This document shows positions 18,853 through 27,923 of a DNA stretch of 45,900 nucleotides, piece by piece. Under the pieces are notes generated by a model that made no database searches, was not told the origin of the DNA, and saw only the letters and a list, made by a program, of their open reading frames with translations. The position numbers and the translations under genes are program-made. Within the stretch, counting starts at the first letter, position 1, and the number at the start of each line of letters is the position of its first letter. Origin of the DNA: an uncultured Candidatus Saccharibacteria bacterium (GTDB taxonomy: Bacteria; Patescibacteriota; Minisyncoccia; Phycocordibacterales; UBA9973); NCBI GenBank assembly GCA_964366625.1, contig CAYIUH010000001.1, positions 1-45,900 of the forward strand, in the 5' to 3' direction.

Positions 18853-20679
18853 CTAAGCTTTTTCAAAAATGTATGTTCTCTGGGAAAACTCTTCACCATT
18901 TACAATATCAAATGATTTCTTAAGGGAAAGATTGCTTTCAGTACACATTTTAATAAAATCATCCTCATTAAAATGTATTTCAACACAAGGAATGCCATAG
19001 GCCTTCTTTTTATAATATTGAATTGGTCCATGTACAATAGGTGTTCTATGAAAAACAACCCAACTTTTAGCTATCCTGGCGGATTCTATAATAGCTTTCT
19101 CATATTCCAAAATATGCAACAGACAGCAGCCAGATATTACAATATCAAATGAAGAATCGCCATAAGGCAATGAAGTAGCATCAGCTACACGAAATGTTGC
19201 ATCGGGATATTTTTTGGTAGCCTCACTAATCATCACAGGAGAATAATCTACACCCGTATATCGAATTGGTTGCCCGAGCAGGTGAGAAAGTACCTCATAA
19301 TAATACCCCGTACTGCACCCAATTTCTATAATATCTTTTGTTTCACCTTTTATAAAATGTATACAGTCAGCCAGAACGCGAAATGGTATAATAACTTTTC
19401 CTTCATACATACGAGCTAACTCTTCATCGGTCAATTGTCTTTGTATGGCCGGAATAGGGGGTGATTTCCACCCATCAGTAAGTTCCTGTGAAACTTGATT
19501 GGCTTCTATATGTATCAAATCTCCTCTACGCCTTTTTTTAAGCGCTATAATCATACGGCCCAAAAAAGACTTTTTTAGCCTGTTCTTAGCTTTATAAAGC
19601 CCCCGATCAATGGGGATAAATGATTTCAACATTAAACACTGAAACCGATAACGCCATTTCGCAAGTAATCTGTCTGCATCATTCATGTCTCTTAAATTCA
19701 CACCGGGGTATTGACCTGCATTAACCACTTTTAACATTTCAATAACCTGAGTAGGATGACTTCCCTTAAATCTTTCCAGCCAGCTTATATAATTATACAT
19801 CATATGAACTCTAAATGGTTTGCCAATAGTTTTATAACAGTTTGTAACCCATTCATTCGCTTTCTGGAGTGCGGCCGTCCATTCTGCACCAGCGTAATAG
19901 CTGCATTTTTCTGTAACCTGTTTTGGAAAAAGAAGCTCATAATGATACATATAAATTCCTTTAGCTCTCATATCTTCAGGCGTTAGCCATTTGAATGTGC
20001 GGAGATCCCTGGATTGATCATCCAGAATAGTAACGGGCCTATGAGTCAGATATTTGTAACCAGGACCCCACGAAAAGATTCTATGCACTGTAAATTTATC
20101 TAAAAAATAACCGTTAACAATGTAACCGGGCGAGCCCCAAAATGTATACATTGAAAAAGAAATTGCTTTTATTTCAGAATCATCCGATAACATTTTTGTA
20201 ATTCTGTCCATATCGTGCTCCATATAAAATTCGTCAGAATCAATCTGCCATAAATAGTTGCCGGTTGCTCTTTTGGCATAAGCTTGTGACATCTCATCTT
20301 TTTCCTGCCAAAAACCATTAGGATAACCTTCGTCCTCAGCAGTAATAACTGTCACTTTATTTTCAGGATCTTCTTCCGCCCGGAAACGTCTGAGAATATC
20401 CAATGTGTTATCCTGGGAATGCCCGTCTTCAAATGCAACATATTTTGCGGAGGGAGCAGCGCCCTCTACCACTATAATTTGATGTGCATAGGGGTAAAGT
20501 GCCTTCAAATTGTATTTAATAAATGGCATACCATTTAATACAATCAGACCAAATGTAATCCTGACCTGATTTCTGTCTATGTCATACGAAGTAAGATCGG
20601 GTAATGCCCCCAGATTGATATTTAATTCCGTTACCATTTGAGTTTTTAGATCTGTAGGATCAAATTTGTTAAAATTCAA
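18853..20679 (-). CDS. Fusion protein: N-terminal GT2-like glycosyltransferase plus C-terminal class I SAM methyltransferase
   Basis: 608 aa. The N-half has IIVVEGAAPS..., a DxD motif WQIDSDEFY. The C-half has IIEIGCSTGYYYEVL, GVDYSPVMI and FDIVISGCCLLHI. Confidence 0.7.
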   Translation of the reverse strand: MNFNKFDPTDLKTQMVTELNINLGALPDLTSYDIDRNQVRITFGLIVLNGMPFIKYNLKALYPYAHQIIVVEGAAPSAKYVAFEDGHSQDNTLDILRRFRAEEDPENKVTVITAEDEGYPNGFWQEKDEMSQAYAKRATGNYLWQIDSDEFYMEHDMDRITKMLSDDSEIKAISFSMYTFWGSPGYIVNGYFLDKFTVHRIFSWGPGYKYLTHRPVTILDDQSRDLRTFKWLTPEDMRAKGIYMYHYELLFPKQVTEKCSYYAGAEWTAALQKANEWVTNCYKTIGKPFRVHMMYNYISWLERFKGSHPTQVIEMLKVVNAGQYPGVNLRDMNDADRLLAKWRYRFQCLMLKSFIPIDRGLYKAKNRLKKSFLGRMIIALKKRRRGDLIHIEANQVSQELTDGWKSPPIPAIQRQLTDEELARMYEGKVIIPFRVLADCIHFIKGETKDIIEIGCSTGYYYEVLSHLLGQPIRYTGVDYSPVMISEATKKYPDATFRVADATSLPYGDSSFDIVISGCCLLHILEYEKAIIESARIAKSWVVFHRTPIVHGPIQYYKKKAYGIPCVEIHFNEDDFIKMCTESNLSLKKSFDIVNGEEFSQRTYIFEKA

Positions 20680-20745
20680 GCAAGAATATGCTCGCCGAAT
20701 ATAATGTATAGAATTGTACTATGTGTCCAGAAATAGTAACCGCTT

Positions 20746-22065
20746 TCAAACGATACTCACGTTATTATCCAACTTTAAATTATCGTTCTGCATAAAAGAC
20801 TTTACACTTGCGGTTTCGAAACGTACAGGAGATAATGCGAGAATAAACACCAGGGTACAGAAAGGGGTTTCGATCAAGGCTGGATTGGCCATTGCTCCCA
20901 TTAAAAAAATAAATAAAGTTATTAGCCTGGCCTGATCAATTAAACTGTTAGGATTAGACCTCAGATAAATGATCAATCGACGAAACGCAATGAAGATAAA
21001 ACCAAAGTACCACATGCTTCCGAACAATCCATATTGAGCAAGGCTATCCATAATACCAGAATGCAGCCCAACAACATTTTTACCATCTTCCCGTGGCCCA
21101 TAAAGACCTACACCAAAGAAAGGATGCTCCAAAAAACTATTGATAGAGACTTTCATTAAAGTAGCTCTTATCCGGGGATCATTCTCATCAGTAGGCAATT
21201 CAGCCTGATATGTAAAAATAGTACCGATTTTTTCAGCCATAGCTCCAATTTGCGGCTGTTCGCTGAAATCATAAAACTTAATACATAATGTGATCAATAA
21301 AAAAATGAAGGAACAGATCAAAATAAATTTTACCTTTTTTTTAATTGAAAAAAACAATAATCCTGCGAAACCAGCAAAAAGCAAAATGATCGATGCGGCA
21401 AATGTTGATATTATAATCATTAAAGAAATTGAAATACACATAACATACAAAAATATCCTAAATAGCCACTTCTGCCGTGATGCAACAGCTATAAAACAAG
21501 GAATTGAAACTGCGAAAGACATAAAAAATCCCCAGGAGCCAAACCATGTTATTTCACCAGTACCAAAGTCATAAAGTTTGGCTATAAAGGGGTAGGAAAA
21601 CAATATTGGTGTCACATATATGGCATTCAGACCATAAATTATCAATAAGAAGATAACCGATCTGTTGTAAGCTTTTATACTATTTTTCAAGTGAACAAGT
21701 ACTGTAGTATAAAGACATAGCAGAATTAAAGATTTTACAAAATTATCATATGCCATGTCACCATTACCGAACAACAAATGAAGGACATTTACTATGGTAA
21801 ACATGGATAATAAAAGTAAGTCCAGAGAATGTGCAATGATTCTTTGATATGCTACAGTTAATGCATTCCTGCCAAAAAAAATAAGTGTTATGATCCAAAT
21901 ACCAAGGATAATAATCTGTCCTTTTATTTGTCCCATGATCTCAAAAATTCCTTCACTGGACAGTGTGGCCCAAAATAGTAGCATAACAGCCCAAGAAACT
22001 AATGAAATTGAATCCATCTTCTGTCCACCTGTTGACCACCTTGAAGATAAATTAGCCATTACCAT
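20746..22065 (-). CDS. O-antigen polymerase/ligase family membrane protein (second Wzy-like)
   Basis: 439 aa and polytopic. It has a large loop followed by ...GLHSGIMDSLAQYGLFG..., the Wzy_C-type signature. Confidence 0.65.
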   Translation of the reverse strand: MVMANLSSRWSTGGQKMDSISLVSWAVMLLFWATLSSEGIFEIMGQIKGQIIILGIWIITLIFFGRNALTVAYQRIIAHSLDLLLLSMFTIVNVLHLLFGNGDMAYDNFVKSLILLCLYTTVLVHLKNSIKAYNRSVIFLLIIYGLNAIYVTPILFSYPFIAKLYDFGTGEITWFGSWGFFMSFAVSIPCFIAVASRQKWLFRIFLYVMCISISLMIIISTFAASIILLFAGFAGLLFFSIKKKVKFILICSFIFLLITLCIKFYDFSEQPQIGAMAEKIGTIFTYQAELPTDENDPRIRATLMKVSINSFLEHPFFGVGLYGPREDGKNVVGLHSGIMDSLAQYGLFGSMWYFGFIFIAFRRLIIYLRSNPNSLIDQARLITLFIFLMGAMANPALIETPFCTLVFILALSPVRFETASVKSFMQNDNLKLDNNVSIV

Positions 22066-22069
22066 ATAT

Positions 22070-23293
22070 CTATTTCAAATCAAGATAAAAATCTACCAGG
22101 CGCTTACTGTTATACTTCAGTGTTAGCGATTCAGGTAAATTTATTTTAGTTTGTGGAGTATGTTTACATTGCTCTGCTATGTCTTCAAGAGAAGTCACCA
22201 CTTTCCCATTCCCATACCGCTCAAGAACGAACCGTATAAATCTGGCATTTTGGGTAAGTGTAAAAAGACCGGCTTCCATGTAGTCAAATAATTTGGAAGG
22301 CAAAAGGCCATCACCCATATGGTGAAAATAAGTTATGCCTTCATCTACAAAATCAACCTGGGTCGTTGATATTATTAATCCATATTGATACCTAGATATT
22401 TCAGAGATCAGTTCAAGAGGTGATACCACATTATGTATGTGAACATATTTATCGATCAACTCCTGGGTCACAAAAGCTTTCATATTTTGTTGCATTTCCT
22501 CTACTATGTGCTGATGGGACGGATAAATATGCAGGTGAACTTGCTGCGCACTGAGTATAGCTCCAAGGTCATATTGAAAAGCTTCAACTGATTTAGGATC
22601 AAATTCAATACTCCCTACATAAACAACATGTATTCCGTCAGTTAACTTCGCATGTTTCTTAAATTTTTCCTTAGGCCAGCAATACTCTGAAAACAATATT
22701 TTTGGTGGGAGATTTTCTTTCAGATACTGTACACGCAAATCGCGACAACAAAGACCGTTTGCGTTTAAATAACAATACTGCTCCAATGCTATTTGTTGTT
22801 TATAGCGGTTTGAAATGACTTCTTTAACCATTCCTGTTAACAAGTCATAATTATCAAACACAACCTTCCCGGGCTTATACTTGATAAAAGTATAAGCTAC
22901 CTCAAAATTATAATTTGAAAATATATGATATACTACAGGCGTGTATTCGGAAGCTATCTGAAGTGCATCGAATTCATTTTCAAATTTCTTTGTTTCATCA
23001 AAAGACTCAGACAGATCAAAAGAAAGATTATTTCTATGTAGCAATATGACATTCCATCCCATTCCTTTTAACGCGAATCCAATTTTAATGGGGCGTCCAT
23101 TTAATTTGTCACATATAAAGACCGCTTGATTTCTGGAACGGGGTTGCCGGTACGCTTGCTCAGCTGATCTTATAGCATGCCTCTTTTTAAACGCCCGATA
23201 GGGAGAAAATAATATATTAATAAAGCGGTCAAAAGATCTTATAAAAACCCATGAAAGGACTAGCTCTTTGACTCTGTTATAGATGGTTGACAA
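22070..23293 (-). CDS. Hypothetical protein, distant GT-B glycosyltransferase-like
   Basis: 407 aa with a TTG start. HVVYVGSIE and LPSKLFDYMEAGL resemble the GT4 C-domain/E-x7-E region. The assignment is weak. Confidence 0.4.
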   Translation of the reverse strand: MSTIYNRVKELVLSWVFIRSFDRFINILFSPYRAFKKRHAIRSAEQAYRQPRSRNQAVFICDKLNGRPIKIGFALKGMGWNVILLHRNNLSFDLSESFDETKKFENEFDALQIASEYTPVVYHIFSNYNFEVAYTFIKYKPGKVVFDNYDLLTGMVKEVISNRYKQQIALEQYCYLNANGLCCRDLRVQYLKENLPPKILFSEYCWPKEKFKKHAKLTDGIHVVYVGSIEFDPKSVEAFQYDLGAILSAQQVHLHIYPSHQHIVEEMQQNMKAFVTQELIDKYVHIHNVVSPLELISEISRYQYGLIISTTQVDFVDEGITYFHHMGDGLLPSKLFDYMEAGLFTLTQNARFIRFVLERYGNGKVVTSLEDIAEQCKHTPQTKINLPESLTLKYNSKRLVDFYLDLK

Positions 23294-23356
23294 TTCTTAA
23301 TTTTATAATGTGTCTTTGCAAAAATATATGAAGCCCCTCATTGTGATTTCCTCACA

Positions 23357-24208
23357 TTATAGGCCGATCTTTTTGCATAATAAACCGTAGCCTACTATAT
23401 CTTCACCTTTTACCTCATATATACCGCTTTTATCATCAAATTTTGCAACCAGCAAATATTTTTCCTGTATTTGATTAATTAATTTGGTCTCTGATAAAAA
23501 GGTAAACGGGTATTTAATTAATCTATCTGTATATCCTTCGGGTAGTTCTCCAATCCCATTCGAACTCAACATTGATGACTGAATAGTTAGAACATCTCTG
23601 TTGCTTCTATTCATACCAAGTCTGTTAAATAACAACCATTTTGCATTGCAATTTAAGACCTCAGATAAATATTTTGTCGGATTGTCCACATATTGTAGTG
23701 TTCCTGAAGTATGAAGAAGATCAATAGTACCCAGCTTATCCCTGGCATCGTCAAAATTATCAAAAAAGGAAAGCTCGTCTGTTTCTAACTCCTTTGCAAA
23801 CTTCACCATTGTTGGTGTTTCAACAACGACTCAATTAAATTTTAATTTCTTATCAATAAGACTTCTAAGATGAAAATAATGAGCACCGCAAGCACCCCCA
23901 AAGTCTAAAACATTAATATTTTTCGATTGATTTTCAATCACGGGATTAATTATTGATAGTAAACTATAAGCCGTTGTTCCCCATATAGGTATTATTTCGG
24001 ATTGAATCTTTTCTGAGAACCGTTTAGTTTTTAAAAAAATAACATCAATAAGTTCTTCTTCTTCATAAGCATTAGTTGTGCATAAATTTAAAGCGTCGTT
24101 GTAATCAATAAAAATCCTGGAAGAATTTTCATCGGACTTATTGGTTAATGCTTTTCTAAGCCCCTTTAAAATTATTGGTGGAATAAAATCTTTAATTATT
24201 TTTTTCAT
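23357..24208 (-). pseudogene. TIGR04325 (LIC12133-type) methyltransferase interrupted by a single in-frame TGA
   Basis: ORFs 23831-24208 and 23357-23809 are in the same frame and are separated only by TGA (23831-23833). The read-through sequence is ...VLDFGGACGAHYF..KLKFN*VVVETPTMVKFAKE...LLHTSGTLQYVDNP..., which matches the family layout. Confidence 0.6.
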
Positions 24209-24259
24209 TTTACTCTTTATTTCACGTTTTTATTAACTCAATTTTTATTTTACTCATAA

Positions 24260-25684
24260 TCAGTTAGTATGCCATTTCTTACGGCACTTGTTCCAGATAA
24301 AAATTACGACCGGCATAAAGAAGACATTCACTGTAAAATATCCTATTGCCATGCCTGTCGCTGAATAATATTTGCCCATCAGGAGAGTAGACGAACCAAC
24401 AATACAAGCATAAACTATTGAAAAAATCATTAAGGGCTCTTTCTTATGAGCTCTCAAATATGTAGAAAAAGGAGAAGATATGATATAAAGAAGTTGCGCT
24501 GCTAAAAATAATCCGGTTGGTAATGGTGGGAGAAGTCTTTGTGCAAATTTTCGGACGACGACATTATTCACATTGTTTATTGAAAACACCATTAACCATA
24601 TTAAAAAAGCCACTATAACGGAAACGGACAAAACAATTCTCGTTGTTTTCCAGAATTGTCTGTCTAATTCGGCATACTCTTTTTTCGCAATTAATATACC
24701 GAATACAGGTGCTTTAGGAGAGAGCCATGATGATGAAACCAAACCCAATATTACAACTAAACTCCATGTCATTCCCATTTGCCCGGCCAAAAGCGGGCCA
24801 TGATATTTAAATAGTACAGGCACAAAAAACGAAAAAATAAAATAGCCGCTTATCCATGATAATGCAATCCTCCATTGCATGGGCAACATATCGTTCCTCC
24901 AGTTTATTTTAGGTCCATCAATTTTTGAATAAAGCAAGGTTTTAAAAAATTGCCAATACCCCTTACGCAAAAAAATCAGGGAAAAAATAACTGCTGAAAT
25001 AGCTGATATTACAGTTGTCCAGAGTTCTGCCCCCAGTAACATACCCACCCAAATACTTATGCTAGCTAATAGCCCTTTATAAAACCGGAACGTATAGAGC
25101 CTGCCTACCTGGTTACAACCTTCCAATAATGACCAGACTGGTACAAGGCATATAGAAATACCTTCAATTACGCATAAAGTGAACCATGACGAGCGCCAAT
25201 GCACGCCTGTATTAGGAGAAGTTGAAAAAAATATATAGCCACCTATCCCAACTACAATGGTAACCAGCAGCCCTCCTATGAAGTACCATTTTGAAGCAAT
25301 AACCGCGATGCTTGAAAGGCGCGATAGAGAATCTTTATCGCCTTCGATGTGGCCAGACTCATTTAATTTTAATTTTGACCATTCATGGCTGGCAAACTGG
25401 ATAATAACGGTTCCAAGCCCTAATTCTATAAACACCTGCAAAGCAAGTATCATAGCGAAAGTGTAATAATACCCTTGAATTTCCGGGGTAAATTTGGTTG
25501 CGATAAGAATTACCGTAACCGGCCCGGAGCACAGCCCCCAAAGCTTTGTTATGAGACCATAAAATACTGCGCGATCTAATTCAAGCCTGTTAAGGGCTCC
25601 CATTATCCTCAAATTCAAAAAAGCCAAATTTGATTTACGCTGTTTAATTGTAATGTCTCCATTCTTATCATCCATAGACTTCAA
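24260..25684 (-). CDS. wzx: Polysaccharide/O-unit flippase (Wzx, MOP superfamily)
   Basis: 474 aa with about 12-14 TM helices and no soluble domain. Its position in a Wzy-containing locus fits. Confidence 0.65.
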   Translation of the reverse strand: MKSMDDKNGDITIKQRKSNLAFLNLRIMGALNRLELDRAVFYGLITKLWGLCSGPVTVILIATKFTPEIQGYYYTFAMILALQVFIELGLGTVIIQFASHEWSKLKLNESGHIEGDKDSLSRLSSIAVIASKWYFIGGLLVTIVVGIGGYIFFSTSPNTGVHWRSSWFTLCVIEGISICLVPVWSLLEGCNQVGRLYTFRFYKGLLASISIWVGMLLGAELWTTVISAISAVIFSLIFLRKGYWQFFKTLLYSKIDGPKINWRNDMLPMQWRIALSWISGYFIFSFFVPVLFKYHGPLLAGQMGMTWSLVVILGLVSSSWLSPKAPVFGILIAKKEYAELDRQFWKTTRIVLSVSVIVAFLIWLMVFSINNVNNVVVRKFAQRLLPPLPTGLFLAAQLLYIISSPFSTYLRAHKKEPLMIFSIVYACIVGSSTLLMGKYYSATGMAIGYFTVNVFFMPVVIFIWNKCRKKWHTN

Positions 25685-25687
25685 TAT

Positions 25688-26401
25688 TTAGATGATTTGG
25701 CTCTTTGGAGGAAATTCTTTTAGCGCAGCTTCGTAACTTTCAATTGTTCCAATATCCCGATGATATACTTTATTTTCAAAAGTATAAATTCTGCCCATAT
25801 AATTTGGAATAACATCATTACTGAAATCGATCACCTCTTTTCCGGTTTTTTCCAGGAAATCTAAAACCCCTGGCTCAAGTATATATACTGCACCATTAGC
25901 AAGGTTACCCGGAGGATGTTCAACCTTCTCATGAAAGGCAATAAGAACATCGTTTTCATCCAGTTCAACAATCCCGCAAGTTTTCGGTACATCTGTATGA
26001 AAAGTCATCATGGTTATTTCAGTTCCTTCAGGCCTGGTTTCATGCCTGCGAATAAAAGCGGCCATATCAAATTTTGATAAATTGTCTGCATGAATTAAAA
26101 TAACAGATTCATTATCAAAAAAATCCCGATTCTTCAGCAATGTTCCACCGGTGCCTAATAATTCCTCTTCATAAACAATTGTAATACGTGATTTATACTC
26201 TTCCTGTTCAAGGAACGATTTAACCTTTTCGGCAAGAAAATGGGTATTCACAAGGATATCATTTACACCACCCAAACTCAGCATTTCCAACCATAATTGC
26301 AGTAATGGTTTACCATGAATATCCACCAGGCATTTAGGAATATGGTTAGTAATGGGCCTTAAACGGGTTCCATAGCCGGCAGATAAGAGCAATGCTTTCA
26401 T
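25688..26401 (-). CDS. Sugar-1-phosphate nucleotidylyltransferase (short NTP_transferase type; HddC/MurU/LicC-like)
   Basis: 237 aa with MKALLLSAGYGTRLRPITNHIPKCLVDIHGKPLL. The ATGA start/stop overlaps the upstream kinase gene. Confidence 0.8.
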   Translation of the reverse strand: MKALLLSAGYGTRLRPITNHIPKCLVDIHGKPLLQLWLEMLSLGGVNDILVNTHFLAEKVKSFLEQEEYKSRITIVYEEELLGTGGTLLKNRDFFDNESVILIHADNLSKFDMAAFIRRHETRPEGTEITMMTFHTDVPKTCGIVELDENDVLIAFHEKVEHPPGNLANGAVYILEPGVLDFLEKTGKEVIDFSNDVIPNYMGRIYTFENKVYHRDIGTIESYEAALKEFPPKSQII

Positions 26402-27897
26402 CTATTATCTTCTTGTTTCAATTCGAATGCTATTTCTTTGGTGGTGATCGGTATGTTTCCAATTCTTCCTACCTGGCAAGCTGCGGCTAAGGAGCCCAAA
26501 TAGGCACTTTCCCAAATTGTAGCTCCAACTGCTAAAGACATAGAACAGCAAACCAAAAACGAGTCGCCTGCACCAACTACATCCTTCGGAGAGGTATTAA
26601 GGGCGGGGAGGCGGTCAAATAGATACTTTTCTTCTTCAATATAGGAAGTATGAATCAGGATTCCTTCATTCCCTAATGTGGTTACGATATTTTTTGCATC
26701 AGCGATATTTATAAGTGTCTCGGACAAAAAAGCCAATCCCGAACCAAAATCACGTAACGCCAGGCGGGTCTCTCTTTCTGTAGGGGTAAGTAGTTCCATA
26801 TGTTTGAACCTTGAGACATCACCCAATTGAGAGGATGATTGGCTATCTGCTACCATTAAAATATTTCTGTTACTGCAATATTCTATCACCTCGTCTACCA
26901 GGGATTGAGGAAGGCACCCATAATTAAAATCAGAGAATATTACCAGGTTTGCATTTTCGAGTTTCTCTATGATCGCCTGAAGCATTTTTGTTGAAATATC
27001 TTTTGTGATATCCTGCTGCCTCAAATGACTAACCCTTAAAAGGGTCTTCCCATTCGCCCTGAAGCGTTGCTTCAGGGAAGTTGGTCGGTTCTCATCTTCA
27101 AAAAAAAGTGTTTCTACACCGTATTCTACCAATTTTGACATGGCAAATTCAGCGGTTGCATCTTTTCCGGTAACTGTAAAGAAATTCACTTTAGCACCCA
27201 AGCCCGCCACATGCGCTGCGACTATACTGGCTCCTCCAACAAATTTTTGTGTATCAACGGGAGTAACCACAATAGTGGGATCCTCTTGCGACATACCCAG
27301 TGCGTCACAGGTTATATATTCGTCGACAATTAGATCGCCAATAATAACAACTTTTAGATCTTTCCACTTAGAAAGTATCTTATTCAGCTCCCCAAAGCGA
27401 ATATTGTGCCTTTTCAGAAAATCATCCGGTTTAATTATCGTTGAGGGATTGAATTCCCTGAACTGCTGCCTTAACAGATCAAGCGAGGAAAAAGTAATAT
27501 CACCTGAGCTAAACAACAATTTCCCGCCATAACCATCCACGGCTTTTTGCTCATGATTTTCCTGGAACTCATATTCGGTTCCTTTTACAACTATAACCGG
27601 TTTAAGAATACTGATAAAATCTACAGGACGGTCATCCAGTATAAATGCATAATTCACAAAACTGATGGATCTTATACCTTCTAATCTCAGCTCTTCGGGA
27701 AGGACTGCCCCCTTAGATGTTTTATTATAAACACCAACGACAAGAAAATCACCACATTCAGCTGCAAATCTTAACAGCCGCAAATGCCCCGGATGAACAA
27801 TATTAAAGTTACCCGATACAAAAACGATCCTGTTACGAGATTTCGTTTGCTCTAAAATCTGTTTTAATGCAATTTCCGAAGAAGAACTAAGTTTCAC
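26398..27897 (-). CDS. Bifunctional cytidylyltransferase-fold nucleotidyltransferase (N-terminal) plus pfkB sugar kinase (C-terminal); a domain-permuted HldE/RfaE-like protein
   Basis: 499 aa with a GTG start. The N-domain has FVSGNFNIVHPGHLRLLRFA (HxGH). The C-domain has VVIIGDLIVDEYI, GGASIVAAHVAGLG and DVVGAGDSF (pfkB signature). Confidence 0.75.
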   Translation of the reverse strand: MKLSSSSEIALKQILEQTKSRNRIVFVSGNFNIVHPGHLRLLRFAAECGDFLVVGVYNKTSKGAVLPEELRLEGIRSISFVNYAFILDDRPVDFISILKPVIVVKGTEYEFQENHEQKAVDGYGGKLLFSSGDITFSSLDLLRQQFREFNPSTIIKPDDFLKRHNIRFGELNKILSKWKDLKVVIIGDLIVDEYITCDALGMSQEDPTIVVTPVDTQKFVGGASIVAAHVAGLGAKVNFFTVTGKDATAEFAMSKLVEYGVETLFFEDENRPTSLKQRFRANGKTLLRVSHLRQQDITKDISTKMLQAIIEKLENANLVIFSDFNYGCLPQSLVDEVIEYCSNRNILMVADSQSSSQLGDVSRFKHMELLTPTERETRLALRDFGSGLAFLSETLINIADAKNIVTTLGNEGILIHTSYIEEEKYLFDRLPALNTSPKDVVGAGDSFLVCCSMSLAVGATIWESAYLGSLAAACQVGRIGNIPITTKEIAFELKQEDNR

Positions 27898-27923
27898 GCT
27901 AATTTTTTTTGAAATTAATGCCG

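Noticed and set aside
23316-23323. A Bacteroidota-type -7 promoter element (TAnnTTTG, read as TATTTTTG on the minus strand) about 20 nt (22 nt) upstream of the TTG start of 22070-23293. A weak hairpin, TGTGA-GGAAA-TCACA, lies just after the preceding stop.
   Set aside because: The motif is a single degenerate 8-mer match in AT-rich DNA, and the phylum is not established. That is not enough to call a promoter or terminator.
23831-23833. The in-frame TGA in the TIGR04325 methyltransferase as evidence for an alternative genetic code (TGA read as Trp or Gly).
   Set aside because: TGA cleanly terminates at least four other well-formed genes in the window (stops at 15857, 16939, 20746 and 24260). 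No other gene is split by TGA. The standard bacterial code fits.
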